From an uncultured Planctomycetia bacterium (GTDB lineage: Bacteria; Omnitrophota; Gorgyraeia; JABMRJ01): a DNA stretch of 47,189 nucleotides. Below, in pieces: positions 10,503-19,539 of the stretch. How positions within the stretch are numbered: position 1 is the stretch's first letter; every line of letters starts with the position of its first letter. Below the pieces are notes generated by a model. It was given only the letters and a program-made list of their open reading frames with translations, was not told where the DNA came from and did not search any database. The stretch spans positions 1 to 47,189 of the forward strand of contig CAZKWI010000003.1 in NCBI GenBank assembly GCA_964556455.1, written 5' to 3'. A program made the translations under genes and the position numbers.

Positions 10503-11588
10503 TTACCGGCATCTCTTCATAAGGAAGTACCCTGCTATTAAGAAGAGGATATTGGCAGCCCATGCCGATACGAGCGGGGGCAATATGCCGGCCTTTCCCA
10601 TCGCCAGGATAAATGCTTCCACACTGAAGAATGCAAGTCCTATGAGCATGCTTATGCCTATGCCTATCATCAACCCGCCCTTATGTATCATGAACGCCAC
10701 CGGGGCTGCCACGAATATCACGACCAGGCATATAAAAGGCAGTGAAGTCTTCCTGTAAAGATCAACGAGGAGTTTTGTCTTGGTCGCTGAGGCGGTAGCC
10801 GAGAAGCGGTCAATATAGTCCCTGAGCTGCCCGTAGCTCATAAATTCGAGCCGCCTGTTCTTGCGCAGGAAGTCCTTGGGCGTCTCCTTTAGGTCCATCA
10901 CTTTCCTGCTAAAAGGCTGTGGTGATCCTATAATACGGCCCAGTTCATCCAGCCTGTAGGATGTGCCGCTGGTGAATACCCAGTTGCCGTCTATCCATTT
11001 ACCTTTTTCAGCCGAGAGCGTTCTTACAAGACTTTGGTTCTCGTTGTTCGTATGTACTATTACATTGCTCAGCTCGTTCGTCTCAATGTTGAACTGGCGG
11101 GCGTATATTATACGGTTATCCTCGCCGAAGACGGCGATGTTATTGAGTATTATCCTGCGCTCGCTTCCGATCTCCCTTATCTTCTCATTCCTTATCTCTG
11201 ATGACAGCGGCATGAACTCCGGTATGAGTTTTTCGTTTACAAAGAATACCGCTATGCTCAATATCGCGCTGGTGAAGACGATGGGTTTTATTATCTTCCA
11301 GAGGCTTATACCGCTTACCCTCATAGCCGTAAGCTCGTTGTTCTTCCTAAAATTGCTCAGTGTGTATATAGTCGCCAGAAGGACCGCCCACGGGGCTGTC
11401 TGTACAAATATGGTCGGCGCGAAAGTTGCGTAATATATCAGGGCCAGCTTTACCGTGATACTGTTGCGGATCATCTCGTCAATATAGTTGAAGAGATCAC
11501 CGAGTATATAGAGGAATATAAAAGCGATTATGCAGTAGAGGAGCGAAAAGACGAACTCTTTTAATATATACCTCTCGACTATTCTCAT
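10503..11588 (-). CDS. lptG: LPS export ABC transporter permease, LptG-like
   Basis: RIVERYILKEF start, NNELTAMRVSGISL motif, 3+3 TM helices around a periplasmic domain, LPPLVSAWAANILF; ATG 11588 lies just after the lptF stop. Confidence 0.85.
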   Translation of the reverse strand: MRIVERYILKEFVFSLLYCIIAFIFLYILGDLFNYIDEMIRNSITVKLALIYYATFAPTIFVQTAPWAVLLATIYTLSNFRKNNELTAMRVSGISLWKIIKPIVFTSAILSIAVFFVNEKLIPEFMPLSSEIRNEKIREIGSERRIILNNIAVFGEDNRIIYARQFNIETNELSNVIVHTNNENQSLVRTLSAEKGKWIDGNWVFTSGTSYRLDELGRIIGSPQPFSRKVMDLKETPKDFLRKNRRLEFMSYGQLRDYIDRFSATASATKTKLLVDLYRKTSLPFICLVVIFVAAPVAFMIHKGGLMIGIGISMLIGLAFFSVEAFILAMGKAGILPPLVSAWAANILFLIAGYFLMKRCR

Positions 11589-11592
11589 GAGG

Positions 11593-12696
11593 TCACCTTT
11601 CGGCAGTCCTGTAGAATATAAGGGCCCCGCCTGATACAAAGACTATGTTCCCGAGCCACATGGCAAGCCACGGAGGGAAGATCTTGTTTATGGCGCATAT
11701 ATTGCCTATAGCCAGGATGACGAACCAGTAGACCATGGATATTGCGAGGCTCACGCCAAAACCGATGGACTTTTCGCTGCGGTGTGTGCGCACCGCGAGA
11801 GGCAGCCCTATCAGAATGAAAGCAAAGCTGGAAAAGGAGACCGCGATCTTCTTGTGTATGCGGATCAGAAGCGGAGTGACGTCGATTATGCCCTCAGACC
11901 TGACCTTCTCTATCTCCTGATTGAGCTCGTTGAATGTCATGTCCTTGGTCTTCTTCCTTATGTTCTTGCTGGTTTTTTTGGGCTCCTCCAGGTTCAGCGT
12001 CATGTAGTATGTCCTGAAGTCCAGCTTGTAAAAGTTCGTAGGGTCCGTGGGAATGGGCTCTTCGGTCGTCCCGTCTATCAGCTTGAGCTTGACTATCCGC
12101 TTCTCCGGTATGGGGATAAATTCACCCTTTCTTGCCACTATGGTGCGGGTAGGCTGATCCTCCTGCGGCTGGTATATACGGATATTGCTGAGATTATTGC
12201 CGTTTATCTCGTATATGAATATTATATATTCCTCGAAATCTCTTATGAAAGTGCCCGCTTCAATATACGCCGAAGGGCTCTTAAGGCCTATGTCCCTCAT
12301 GGTCTTGCGCGTTTCGAGATGCGCCCAGGGCACGAGGCGGTCATTCAGATAGAGCGAGCATACGCTTAATACTACGCCGACCATCAAGATCGGCGCGGCT
12401 ATCTTGTAGAGGCTCAGACCACTGGCCTTCATCGCGATGATCTCGTTGTCGACAGAGAGTTTGCCGAATACAAGCAGGGTGGCGCACAGGGCGGCTGTGG
12501 ATATGCTGTAGCTCAGAAGATACGGCACGAGAAAGAAAAGGAGTTTGACCACGTACAGTATCTCGACGCCTTTATTTACGATCATGTCAACGATCTTTAT
12601 AAGGTTTCCCGCCAGAAGGACAAATGTAAATACGGCAAGCGATATCACGAATGCCTTCAGGAATTCAGAGAGTATGTAATTCCGCAGTATCTTCAT
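11593..12696 (-). CDS. lptF: LPS export ABC transporter permease, LptF-like
   Basis: KILRNYILSE, GKLSVDNEIIAMKASGLSL, IGLPLAV, PPWLAMWLGN motifs; tandem paralog pair with the adjacent gene. Confidence 0.85.
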   Translation of the reverse strand: MKILRNYILSEFLKAFVISLAVFTFVLLAGNLIKIVDMIVNKGVEILYVVKLLFFLVPYLLSYSISTAALCATLLVFGKLSVDNEIIAMKASGLSLYKIAAPILMVGVVLSVCSLYLNDRLVPWAHLETRKTMRDIGLKSPSAYIEAGTFIRDFEEYIIFIYEINGNNLSNIRIYQPQEDQPTRTIVARKGEFIPIPEKRIVKLKLIDGTTEEPIPTDPTNFYKLDFRTYYMTLNLEEPKKTSKNIRKKTKDMTFNELNQEIEKVRSEGIIDVTPLLIRIHKKIAVSFSSFAFILIGLPLAVRTHRSEKSIGFGVSLAISMVYWFVILAIGNICAINKIFPPWLAMWLGNIVFVSGGALIFYRTAER

Positions 12697-12697
12697 T

Positions 12698-13330
12698 CTA
12701 AATGCCCCTTGCGAGCGTCAGCGGCCTGATCCGGGAGACTCCCGCCGCTCTCAACGCATCCGAGGCGCTTTTTATGGTTGCTCCCGTAGTATAGACATCA
12801 TCAAGAAGGAGAACGCTCTTTCCTTTTAGCGGTACGTTCTTCTTCACTCGAAAAGCGTTCACCGGATTTCGTAGCCTGCTGGTCCTGTCAAGACCGGACT
12901 GAGGAGGAGTATGTCTGACTTTTTTTAAAACCGATGTCAAAAGAGGTATGCCGTATCTTTTTGAGATCGGGACAGCAAGAAGTTGCGACTGGTTGAAGCC
13001 CCTCTGCCTAAATTTCACAGGATGAAGCGGCATAGGAATGAGAACATCGAATTTTTCCATATCGAGATTTCTCTCTATGAATTCTATAAGAAAACGCGAA
13101 AACGTGGAGACCAAAGCAAGCCCGTTTTTATATTTGAAGACCTGTAACGCTTTTTTCAAGACACCGTCATACTTGCATGCCGCCACGCCGGACAGATTTT
13201 TCTCAACCTTGGAAGCACAGGAATCACAGAGCCTAGTATTCTCAACCATCCGTTCCCCACATACGCAGCACATTACGGGATATACTAAGTTCAGGAACGC
13301 TTTTCCCAGGCAAGCCATTTTTTTAAGCAT
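12698..13330 (-). CDS. comF: ComF family amidophosphoribosyltransferase-like protein
   Basis: N-terminal CxxC...CxxC, PMPLHPVKFRQRGFNQS, LLLDDVYTTGATI PRTase motif; likely start ATG 13330. Confidence 0.88.
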   Translation of the reverse strand: MLKKMACLGKAFLNLVYPVMCCVCGERMVENTRLCDSCASKVEKNLSGVAACKYDGVLKKALQVFKYKNGLALVSTFSRFLIEFIERNLDMEKFDVLIPMPLHPVKFRQRGFNQSQLLAVPISKRYGIPLLTSVLKKVRHTPPQSGLDRTSRLRNPVNAFRVKKNVPLKGKSVLLLDDVYTTGATIKSASDALRAAGVSRIRPLTLARGI

Positions 13331-13337
13331 ATTGGAT

Positions 13338-13366
13338 ATAATAACATTATATACGCGCTTTGTCAA
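13338..13366 (-). promoter_or_regulatory. Putative sigma70 promoter of comF-lptFG
   Basis: Minus strand TTGACA-17 nt-TATTAT with TG extended -10; ATG follows 7 nt after the -10 hexamer. Confidence 0.65.
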
Positions 13367-13389
13367 TTTCGAGCTTAGCTTTGGGGTAA

Positions 13390-13570
13390 GGCATTTCCCT
13401 GCGGTGTGTAAGCGAAACAATTCGTTTTTTAGCCATTTCGTTCGGATGTTGTGTACTTTTAGGACTTAAGTTGAGCAAAATGTTTCGTAACCTCCTGACC
13501 ATTTTGCGATGCTTAAGTCCAAAAGTACTGGCGTAAAAAACGTGTTTCGCGTACACCGCAGGGAAATGCC
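13390..13570. mobile_element. 181-bp fold-back element, MITE-like
   Basis: 18-bp perfect terminal inverted repeats GGCATTTCCCTGCGGTGT / ACACCGCAGGGAAATGCC, TAA on both flanks (13387-89, 13571-73), nested internal stems; no transposase in window. Confidence 0.65.
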
Positions 13571-13590
13571 TAAAGGAAAGAAAATGCGGC

Positions 13591-13620
13591 TTGCACGACA
13601 GGGAAGGAGTGTGTTAGAAT
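13591..13620 (+). promoter_or_regulatory. Putative sigma70 promoter of the ArnT-like/glgC cluster
   Basis: TTGCAC-18 nt-TAGAAT with TG extended -10, 9 nt before ATG 13630. Confidence 0.5.
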
Positions 13621-13629
13621 AGCGGGTAT

Positions 13630-15177
13630 ATGAGGCATTTTGTTATAATAACGCTTCTCTTCGTAATAAGCCTCACCATCTTCACGTTTCGTTCCGAGGT
13701 CATAGGGTTCGAATTCAAGGGTGATGAGAATTTTTACTTCCAGGCGTCGAGGCAGATGGTCGAAACAGGCGACTGGGTGACGCCTTACTACTTTCACGCG
13801 CCCCGTTTCCAGAAGCCCCCGCTCTATTACTGGATCGTAGGCAGCCTCTTTAAGATATCCTCCATGAAATGGAGCATAGCGAGGTTCCCTGCGGCCGTCT
13901 CGACAGCCCTTATCGTGGTCCTGACATATCTTTTCGGTATAAGGTTCTTCAACGAAAAGACAGCTGTGTTATCCGCGATCGTGGTCATGACCTCCCTGGC
14001 GGTCTTCAGATATTCCAGGCTTGCGCTGCCGGAGGCCTTTGCGACCTTTCTTTTATGCGCTTCGTTATACCTGATGCTTGGGCGCTATTACATACTGTCA
14101 TATATCCTGATGGCGCTGGCCATGCTTACGAAGGGGCCGGTCGGAGTAATACTCCCGCTTCTTATAATGGCCGGGTACAGTTACGGGATGGGCGAGAGGT
14201 CGTTCTTTAAAAGGGTAAGGCTTATACCGGGTATCCTTATAGTGCTCCTCATAAGCCTGCCGTGGTTCGTTATGATGGCGCGCATCCACGGGAGGCCTTA
14301 TATAGACCATATCCTGTTCAGGGAGACGCTCCAGAGGATCAGCGGCCTCGGATCCGGGGCGCGCCTGTCTCTGAAAGCCATCCTGAATTACCTCGAGGCC
14401 CTGGTCTATTTTATCCCGGTGGTCTTTTTGTTTTACCTGCCATGGTCGCTTCTTTTCGTCAATTCCGTAAAAAGCATATCATCCCACATAAAGAAGGGAG
14501 ACCCCTTCTGCAAGGGGGCGGTATTCTCTTTCGTCTGGTTCTTCGCTATTTTTATATTCTTCACTTTTCTGGGCGAGAAGCACAGGCATTATATGCTCAC
14601 TCTCTCTGTGCCGTTCGGGCTCATGACCGGCAGCTACCTGCACAGGTCCGTTTTTACCGCAAAGAACTTTAAGGGTGCTTTCGTATTCGCAATGCTTATC
14701 GCAGCGTTCTTTTCGTTTGAATCGGCGAAGCTCGTCATGAACAGGGCTATAGGGGGGATCGGCGCGATCTTCGAAGGCAGGTCGTATAATATAACCGCCG
14801 AAGACAATGTCGCGATAGGGTCGCATTCGATGATCCCGCAGGCGCTCGAGGTATTCGTGAACCACCCTGTAGAGCAGGCCGCTTACAAGTGGCCTGACAG
14901 GCAGGCCTCAGACAAGGCGACCGCGGATGACCTGAACGACGTATTCCTCAACGTGAACAACTCCTTTCTTCTTATGAAGGAAAAAGACTTCAACAGGCTC
15001 ATAAGGCCTGAGACAAAAAAGAGATTGACATTTCTGGGAAGTGGTTATATATATAATAAGAACGTAGAGATCTCTGGTGTGCTCGATGCGGCGCGGAAGG
15101 CGGACTGGGGAGGGTTGTTCGGGCTTTTCAGGGAAAAGGTCTATTTTGTAACGACAAAGAAGGACGGGCATTTGTGA
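13630..15177 (+). CDS. ArnT/PMT-like GT-C membrane glycosyltransferase
   Basis: GDENFYFQASRQMVETGDWVTP, FQKPPLYYW, ARFPAA, LTKGPVG, LPWF motifs; polytopic membrane protein. Confidence 0.88.
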   Translation: MRHFVIITLLFVISLTIFTFRSEVIGFEFKGDENFYFQASRQMVETGDWVTPYYFHAPRFQKPPLYYWIVGSLFKISSMKWSIARFPAAVSTALIVVLTYLFGIRFFNEKTAVLSAIVVMTSLAVFRYSRLALPEAFATFLLCASLYLMLGRYYILSYILMALAMLTKGPVGVILPLLIMAGYSYGMGERSFFKRVRLIPGILIVLLISLPWFVMMARIHGRPYIDHILFRETLQRISGLGSGARLSLKAILNYLEALVYFIPVVFLFYLPWSLLFVNSVKSISSHIKKGDPFCKGAVFSFVWFFAIFIFFTFLGEKHRHYMLTLSVPFGLMTGSYLHRSVFTAKNFKGAFVFAMLIAAFFSFESAKLVMNRAIGGIGAIFEGRSYNITAEDNVAIGSHSMIPQALEVFVNHPVEQAAYKWPDRQASDKATADDLNDVFLNVNNSFLLMKEKDFNRLIRPETKKRLTFLGSGYIYNKNVEISGVLDAARKADWGGLFGLFREKVYFVTTKKDGHL

Positions 15178-16427
15178 AGAATTTATTATGCGTTATACTC
15201 GGAGGCGGCAGAGGCACGAGGCTCTTTCCTCTCACGAAACTCAGATCTAAGCCGGCAGTGCCTTTAGCCGGCAAATACAGACTTATAGACGTGCCGGTGA
15301 GCAACTGTCTCAATTCAGGCTTCGATAAGATATATATACTCACACAATTCAATTCCGAGAGTCTCAATAAACATATAACAAGGACATATAAGCTCGATTT
15401 TTTCTCAAAAGGCTTCATAGAGATAATGGCCGCGGAGCAGTCGATGCATAACGCGGACTGGTTCCAGGGCACGGCCGACGCGGTGAGGCGCTGCTTGAAA
15501 CACTTCAACGACCCCCACCTTGAATACGTCCTTGTCCTCTCCGGCGACCAGTTATACAAGATGGACCTCAGGCAGCTGCTCGATTTTCACATAGAGAAAG
15601 GCTCAGAAATAACGGTCGCCTGCAACCCGGTGGAGCCCGAACATATCTCGCACTACGGTATAATCGGCGTAGATAAGAAAGAAAAGATAAAGGCCTTTAT
15701 AGAGAAACCGAAAGACGTTGCGGGCGTAAAAGACCTTACGGTCAACGTGAGCGGAAAGACATCATTCCTCGCTTCCATGGGCATATATCTTTTCAATAAA
15801 GAGACCCTCATAGACGTCCTGACCAATACAAAAAAGGTCGATTTCGGAAAAGAGATCATGCCGGATAATTTTAAGACTAAAAGATCTTTCGCCTACATAT
15901 TCGAGGGATACTGGCAGGATATCGGGACGATAAAGAATTATTACGATGCGAGCCTCCTCTTTACCGGTATCATACCGCCTTTCGATATCTACGACGAGGC
16001 ATGGCAGGTCTTTACCAGACCGAGGTACCTGCCTCCTTCCAAGATAAGGGATTCCAGGATCAATAATTCGATAATATGCGAAGGGGTCATCGTGGAAGGT
16101 GCCGGGATAGAGCATTCGATCGTGGGCCTGAGAAGCCGGGTAGGAAAAGGGACCAGGATAGAGGACTCTATAATAATGGGGAGCGATTTTTATGAGACGA
16201 TAGAGGACCTTGAGGGGAACAAGGTCATAAAGATACCGCACATAGGCATCGGCGCCAACTGCCATATTAAGAACGCCATAATCGACAAGAACGCCAGGAT
16301 AGGCGCCAATGTCAGGATAGTGAACGAAAAAAAGGAACTTAATACGAAAGGAGCGAATTATCACATTAAGGACGGTATAGTCGTAATAGAAAAAGATGCT
16401 GTTATTAAACCGGACACAGTTATATGA
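15174..16427 (+). CDS. glgC: Glucose-1-phosphate adenylyltransferase
   Basis: ILGGGRGTRLFPLTKLRSKPAVPLAGKYRLID, LTQFNSESLN, WFQGTADAVR, ASMGIY, YWQDIGTI, C-terminal beta-helix. Confidence 0.96.
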   Translation: MKNLLCVILGGGRGTRLFPLTKLRSKPAVPLAGKYRLIDVPVSNCLNSGFDKIYILTQFNSESLNKHITRTYKLDFFSKGFIEIMAAEQSMHNADWFQGTADAVRRCLKHFNDPHLEYVLVLSGDQLYKMDLRQLLDFHIEKGSEITVACNPVEPEHISHYGIIGVDKKEKIKAFIEKPKDVAGVKDLTVNVSGKTSFLASMGIYLFNKETLIDVLTNTKKVDFGKEIMPDNFKTKRSFAYIFEGYWQDIGTIKNYYDASLLFTGIIPPFDIYDEAWQVFTRPRYLPPSKIRDSRINNSIICEGVIVEGAGIEHSIVGLRSRVGKGTRIEDSIIMGSDFYETIEDLEGNKVIKIPHIGIGANCHIKNAIIDKNARIGANVRIVNEKKELNTKGANYHIKDGIVVIEKDAVIKPDTVI

Positions 16428-16440
16428 ATAGGGGGTAGGT

Positions 16441-17436
16441 ATGGCAGATTTCAGGACGCCGGAAGATATTTTGAATTTCGGAAAGAAGAAAATGGATAAT
16501 TTTGGCCCGATGGCACCTCTTTTGGTCCTGGGGATAGTGTTCCTCATAGGAGTGTTGGGCTCTATCTACTCAATAGGTGCGGACGAAGCGGGTGTTGTGC
16601 AGCGCTTCGGCAAATACACGCGCCTGAGCGAGCCGGGGCTGCATATAAGGCTCCCTTTTGGCATAGAGAAGGTGACCCCGATAAAGGTCAAGAGGATACT
16701 GAAGGAAGAGTTCGGGATGAGGACGCTCAGGCCTGGTGTTAAAACCAGGTATTCGTCAAAACAGTACCTTGAGGAATCCCTTATGCTTACAGGCGACCTC
16801 AATATACTGGACGTGAAATGGATCACCCAGTTCAAGATCAAGGACCCGGTGAAGCTGCTCTTTAATACGAGAAGCCCCCTGGATAATGTGCGCGATATGT
16901 CAGAGGTGATAATGCGGCGGCTTGTGGGCAACTACAGGGTAGACGAGGTCCTTACCACAAAAAGAGAAGAGATAAACGACCTTGCAAAGCTCGGTATGCA
17001 GGAGATACTGGACAACTACGGGACAGGTATACAGGTAGTCACGGTAAAGCTGCTCGACGTAAATCCTCCAGATGCCGTGAAACCCGCTTTTAACGAGGTA
17101 AACGAAGCAAAACAGGAGAAAGAGCGCCTGATCAACCAGGCATGGGAGGCGTACAACAAAGTGGTGCCCTTGGCGAAAGGCGAGGCTGAGAGGACGATCC
17201 GCGAGGCCGAAGGTTACAGCCTGGATAAGATAAATACTGCAAAAGGTGACGCCGAAAGATTCAATTTCACATGGCTTGAATACAAGAACGCGCCGAATGT
17301 CACAAGAAAGAGGCTTTATCTTGAGACAATGCAGAATGTGCTGCCGGGAGTCAAAGATAAATATATAGTCGATCCGAGCCAACCATCGATCTTACCGCTG
17401 CTGAATATCGGCAGGAAAGGGGGCGGGGTAGAATGA
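16441..17436 (+). CDS. hflK: FtsH protease modulator HflK
   Basis: Single TM helix, GVVQRFGK, PGLH, MLTGDLNI, NPPDAVKPAFNEV, VTRKRLYLETM. Confidence 0.92.
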   Translation: MADFRTPEDILNFGKKKMDNFGPMAPLLVLGIVFLIGVLGSIYSIGADEAGVVQRFGKYTRLSEPGLHIRLPFGIEKVTPIKVKRILKEEFGMRTLRPGVKTRYSSKQYLEESLMLTGDLNILDVKWITQFKIKDPVKLLFNTRSPLDNVRDMSEVIMRRLVGNYRVDEVLTTKREEINDLAKLGMQEILDNYGTGIQVVTVKLLDVNPPDAVKPAFNEVNEAKQEKERLINQAWEAYNKVVPLAKGEAERTIREAEGYSLDKINTAKGDAERFNFTWLEYKNAPNVTRKRLYLETMQNVLPGVKDKYIVDPSQPSILPLLNIGRKGGGVE

Positions 17437-18377
17437 GAACTCTATCAGGAATAATAATAGGCGTAGCTGTCATAGTGGTGCTGGCATTTATGACTGGCGT
17501 CATATACATAGTGGACGAGACCCAGCAGGTCGTGATAACCCAGTTCGGGAAACCCGTGGGAAAGCCGGTCACAACAGCAGGACTTCATCTGAAGACCCCT
17601 ATCATTCAGCTGGCCAACTATTTTGATAAGAGGATCCTTGAATGGGACGGCGACCCCAACCAGATACCCACAAAGGACAAGAAGTATATCTGGGTGGACG
17701 TTACGGCCCGCTGGAAGATAAGCGACCCGCTGAAATTCCTCCAATCCGTCAATAATGAGATAAGCGCGCAGGGGCGGCTGGACGATATCATAAATTCCGC
17801 TACGCGTGATGTCGTGACTTCCCACCTTCTTGTCGAGACGGTGAGAGACACGAACCGCCTGCTGGAGTCTACGGAGGATTTCGGCGAGGATGTAATAGCC
17901 GGTGAAGAGACCATAGAGCGCATAGAGATAGGCCGCATGGAGCTGGAAAGGGATATACTGGCATCGGCGGGAAGGCTCGCCCCACAGTACGGTATTGGGT
18001 TGGTGGATGTCCGCATTAAGAGGGTCAATTACATCGAGGCCGTGGGCAGGAAGGTCTATGAGCGCATGATAGCCGAGAGAAAACGCGCGGCTGAAAAATA
18101 CCGCTCGGAAGGACAGGGCAAGCGCGCGGAGATAGACGGTCAGAGAGAAAAAGAGCTTAAGCGGATAAGGTCAGAGGCATACAAGACCGCACAGGGCATA
18201 AAGGGAAAGGCGGACGCCGAGGCCATAAAGATATACGCGACCGCGTATAAACAGGACGAGGAGTTCTATACGTTCCTGAAGACCCTGGATACATACGAGA
18301 AGACCATAGATGAGAACTCGACCATACTTTTGACAACGGACAGCGATTATTATAAGTTTATTAAGAGGTTGAGGTAA
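17433..18377 (+). CDS. hflC: FtsH protease modulator HflC
   Basis: VITQFGKP, FDKRILEWD, TKDKK, VDVRIKR, VYERMIAER, AEKYRSEG; ATGA overlap with hflK. Confidence 0.92.
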   Translation: MRTLSGIIIGVAVIVVLAFMTGVIYIVDETQQVVITQFGKPVGKPVTTAGLHLKTPIIQLANYFDKRILEWDGDPNQIPTKDKKYIWVDVTARWKISDPLKFLQSVNNEISAQGRLDDIINSATRDVVTSHLLVETVRDTNRLLESTEDFGEDVIAGEETIERIEIGRMELERDILASAGRLAPQYGIGLVDVRIKRVNYIEAVGRKVYERMIAERKRAAEKYRSEGQGKRAEIDGQREKELKRIRSEAYKTAQGIKGKADAEAIKIYATAYKQDEEFYTFLKTLDTYEKTIDENSTILLTTDSDYYKFIKRLR

Positions 18378-18386
18378 TGGGTTACC

Positions 18387-18446
18387 ATGGTGGGGACAGG
18401 TCCCTCCAGTTGTTAACAATAGCCTGGGACCTGTCCCCATAAGTGC
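18387..18446. repeat. Palindromic repeat, family B, copy 1
   Basis: TGGGGACAGGTCCC ... GGGACCTGTCCCCA 14-bp inverted arms around TTGTTAACAA; 57/60 nt identical to 40595-40654. Confidence 0.9.
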
Positions 18447-18456
18447 GAGGATAATA

Positions 18457-19539
18457 ATGAATACATTAAAGCAATTGTATGAGCTCGGGCAGAGCCCCTG
18501 GTATGACAATATCGACAGGCGCCTTATAACCAACGGCAGGCTGAAGGGCTTTATCGATAACGGGATAACGGGACTTACATCCAACCCGAGTATCTTCGAG
18601 AAGGCGGTAGCGGCTTCGGATATATATAGCACGCAGATCGAGAAACTTTCCGGCGAAGGAAAGAGTCCCAGGGAGATCTACGATGAGATAACAGTATCCG
18701 ACGTACGCGATGCGGCGGACCTGCTTAGAGACGTATTTCTGCGGACCGGACGGACCGACGGGTATGTGAGCATAGAAGTCTACCCGGAATATGCCCACGA
18801 TCCCCAGCGCACAATATCATACGCCAGGGAAGTATTCAAAAAGATAGACAGAGAGAATATAATGATAAAGGTTCCCGGCACGGAGATAGGTTATGCCGCC
18901 GTAAGGACGCTCATAGGTGACGGGATCAATGTTAATGTAACACTGCTATTTTCGGTTGAACATTACGAAAGAGCGGCCAAGGCCTACATACACGGCCTGA
19001 AAGACAGGCTGGAGCGCGGGAACCCGATAGACAACGTCGTTTCCGTGGCGAGCGTCTTTATAAGCAGGATAGACAGCTGGATGGACAAAAGGCTGGATGG
19101 CGTGCAGGACGACAGCCTCAGGGGCATGGCCGCGGTAGCTAACACCAAGATGATCTATAGGAGCTTTAAGGAGATGTTCAGCGATGAGAATTTCGGCAGA
19201 CTTAAGGCCGCGGGTGGACGTATACAGAGACCGTTATGGGCCAGCACGAGCACCAAAGACCCCTTATACAGTGACGTAAAATATGTCGAGGAGCTTATAG
19301 GGCCTGATACCGTAAATACACTGCCGCAAGCCACAATGGAGGCCTTTCTTGATCATGGCAGGGCGGTTGCGTCCGTTGATAAAAACGTTGATGCGGCAGT
19401 CCGGCACATCGAAACCTTAAGGACGAAAGGTGTCGATGTAGATAAGATATGCCAGGAGATACAGGATGAGGGCTTGGTGCTTTTTCAGAAGTCATTCGAT
19501 AAGCTTATAGAGGGATTGCAGATCGTGAGGGTAGCTTGA
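18457..19539 (+). CDS. tal: Transaldolase
   Basis: GQSPWYDNI, GLTSNPSIF, GYVSIEV, NIMIKVPGT, NVNVTLLFS, SVASVFISRID, RPLWASTSTK. Confidence 0.95.
   Translation: MNTLKQLYELGQSPWYDNIDRRLITNGRLKGFIDNGITGLTSNPSIFEKAVAASDIYSTQIEKLSGEGKSPREIYDEITVSDVRDAADLLRDVFLRTGRTDGYVSIEVYPEYAHDPQRTISYAREVFKKIDRENIMIKVPGTEIGYAAVRTLIGDGINVNVTLLFSVEHYERAAKAYIHGLKDRLERGNPIDNVVSVASVFISRIDSWMDKRLDGVQDDSLRGMAAVANTKMIYRSFKEMFSDENFGRLKAAGGRIQRPLWASTSTKDPLYSDVKYVEELIGPDTVNTLPQATMEAFLDHGRAVASVDKNVDAAVRHIETLRTKGVDVDKICQEIQDEGLVLFQKSFDKLIEGLQIVRVA

Noticed and set aside
13390-13570. 6S RNA call based on length and rod shape
   Set aside because: The bulge is one-sided rather than a two-sided central bubble, stems lack G-U bias, and TAA flanks suggest insertion; not excluded without cmscan
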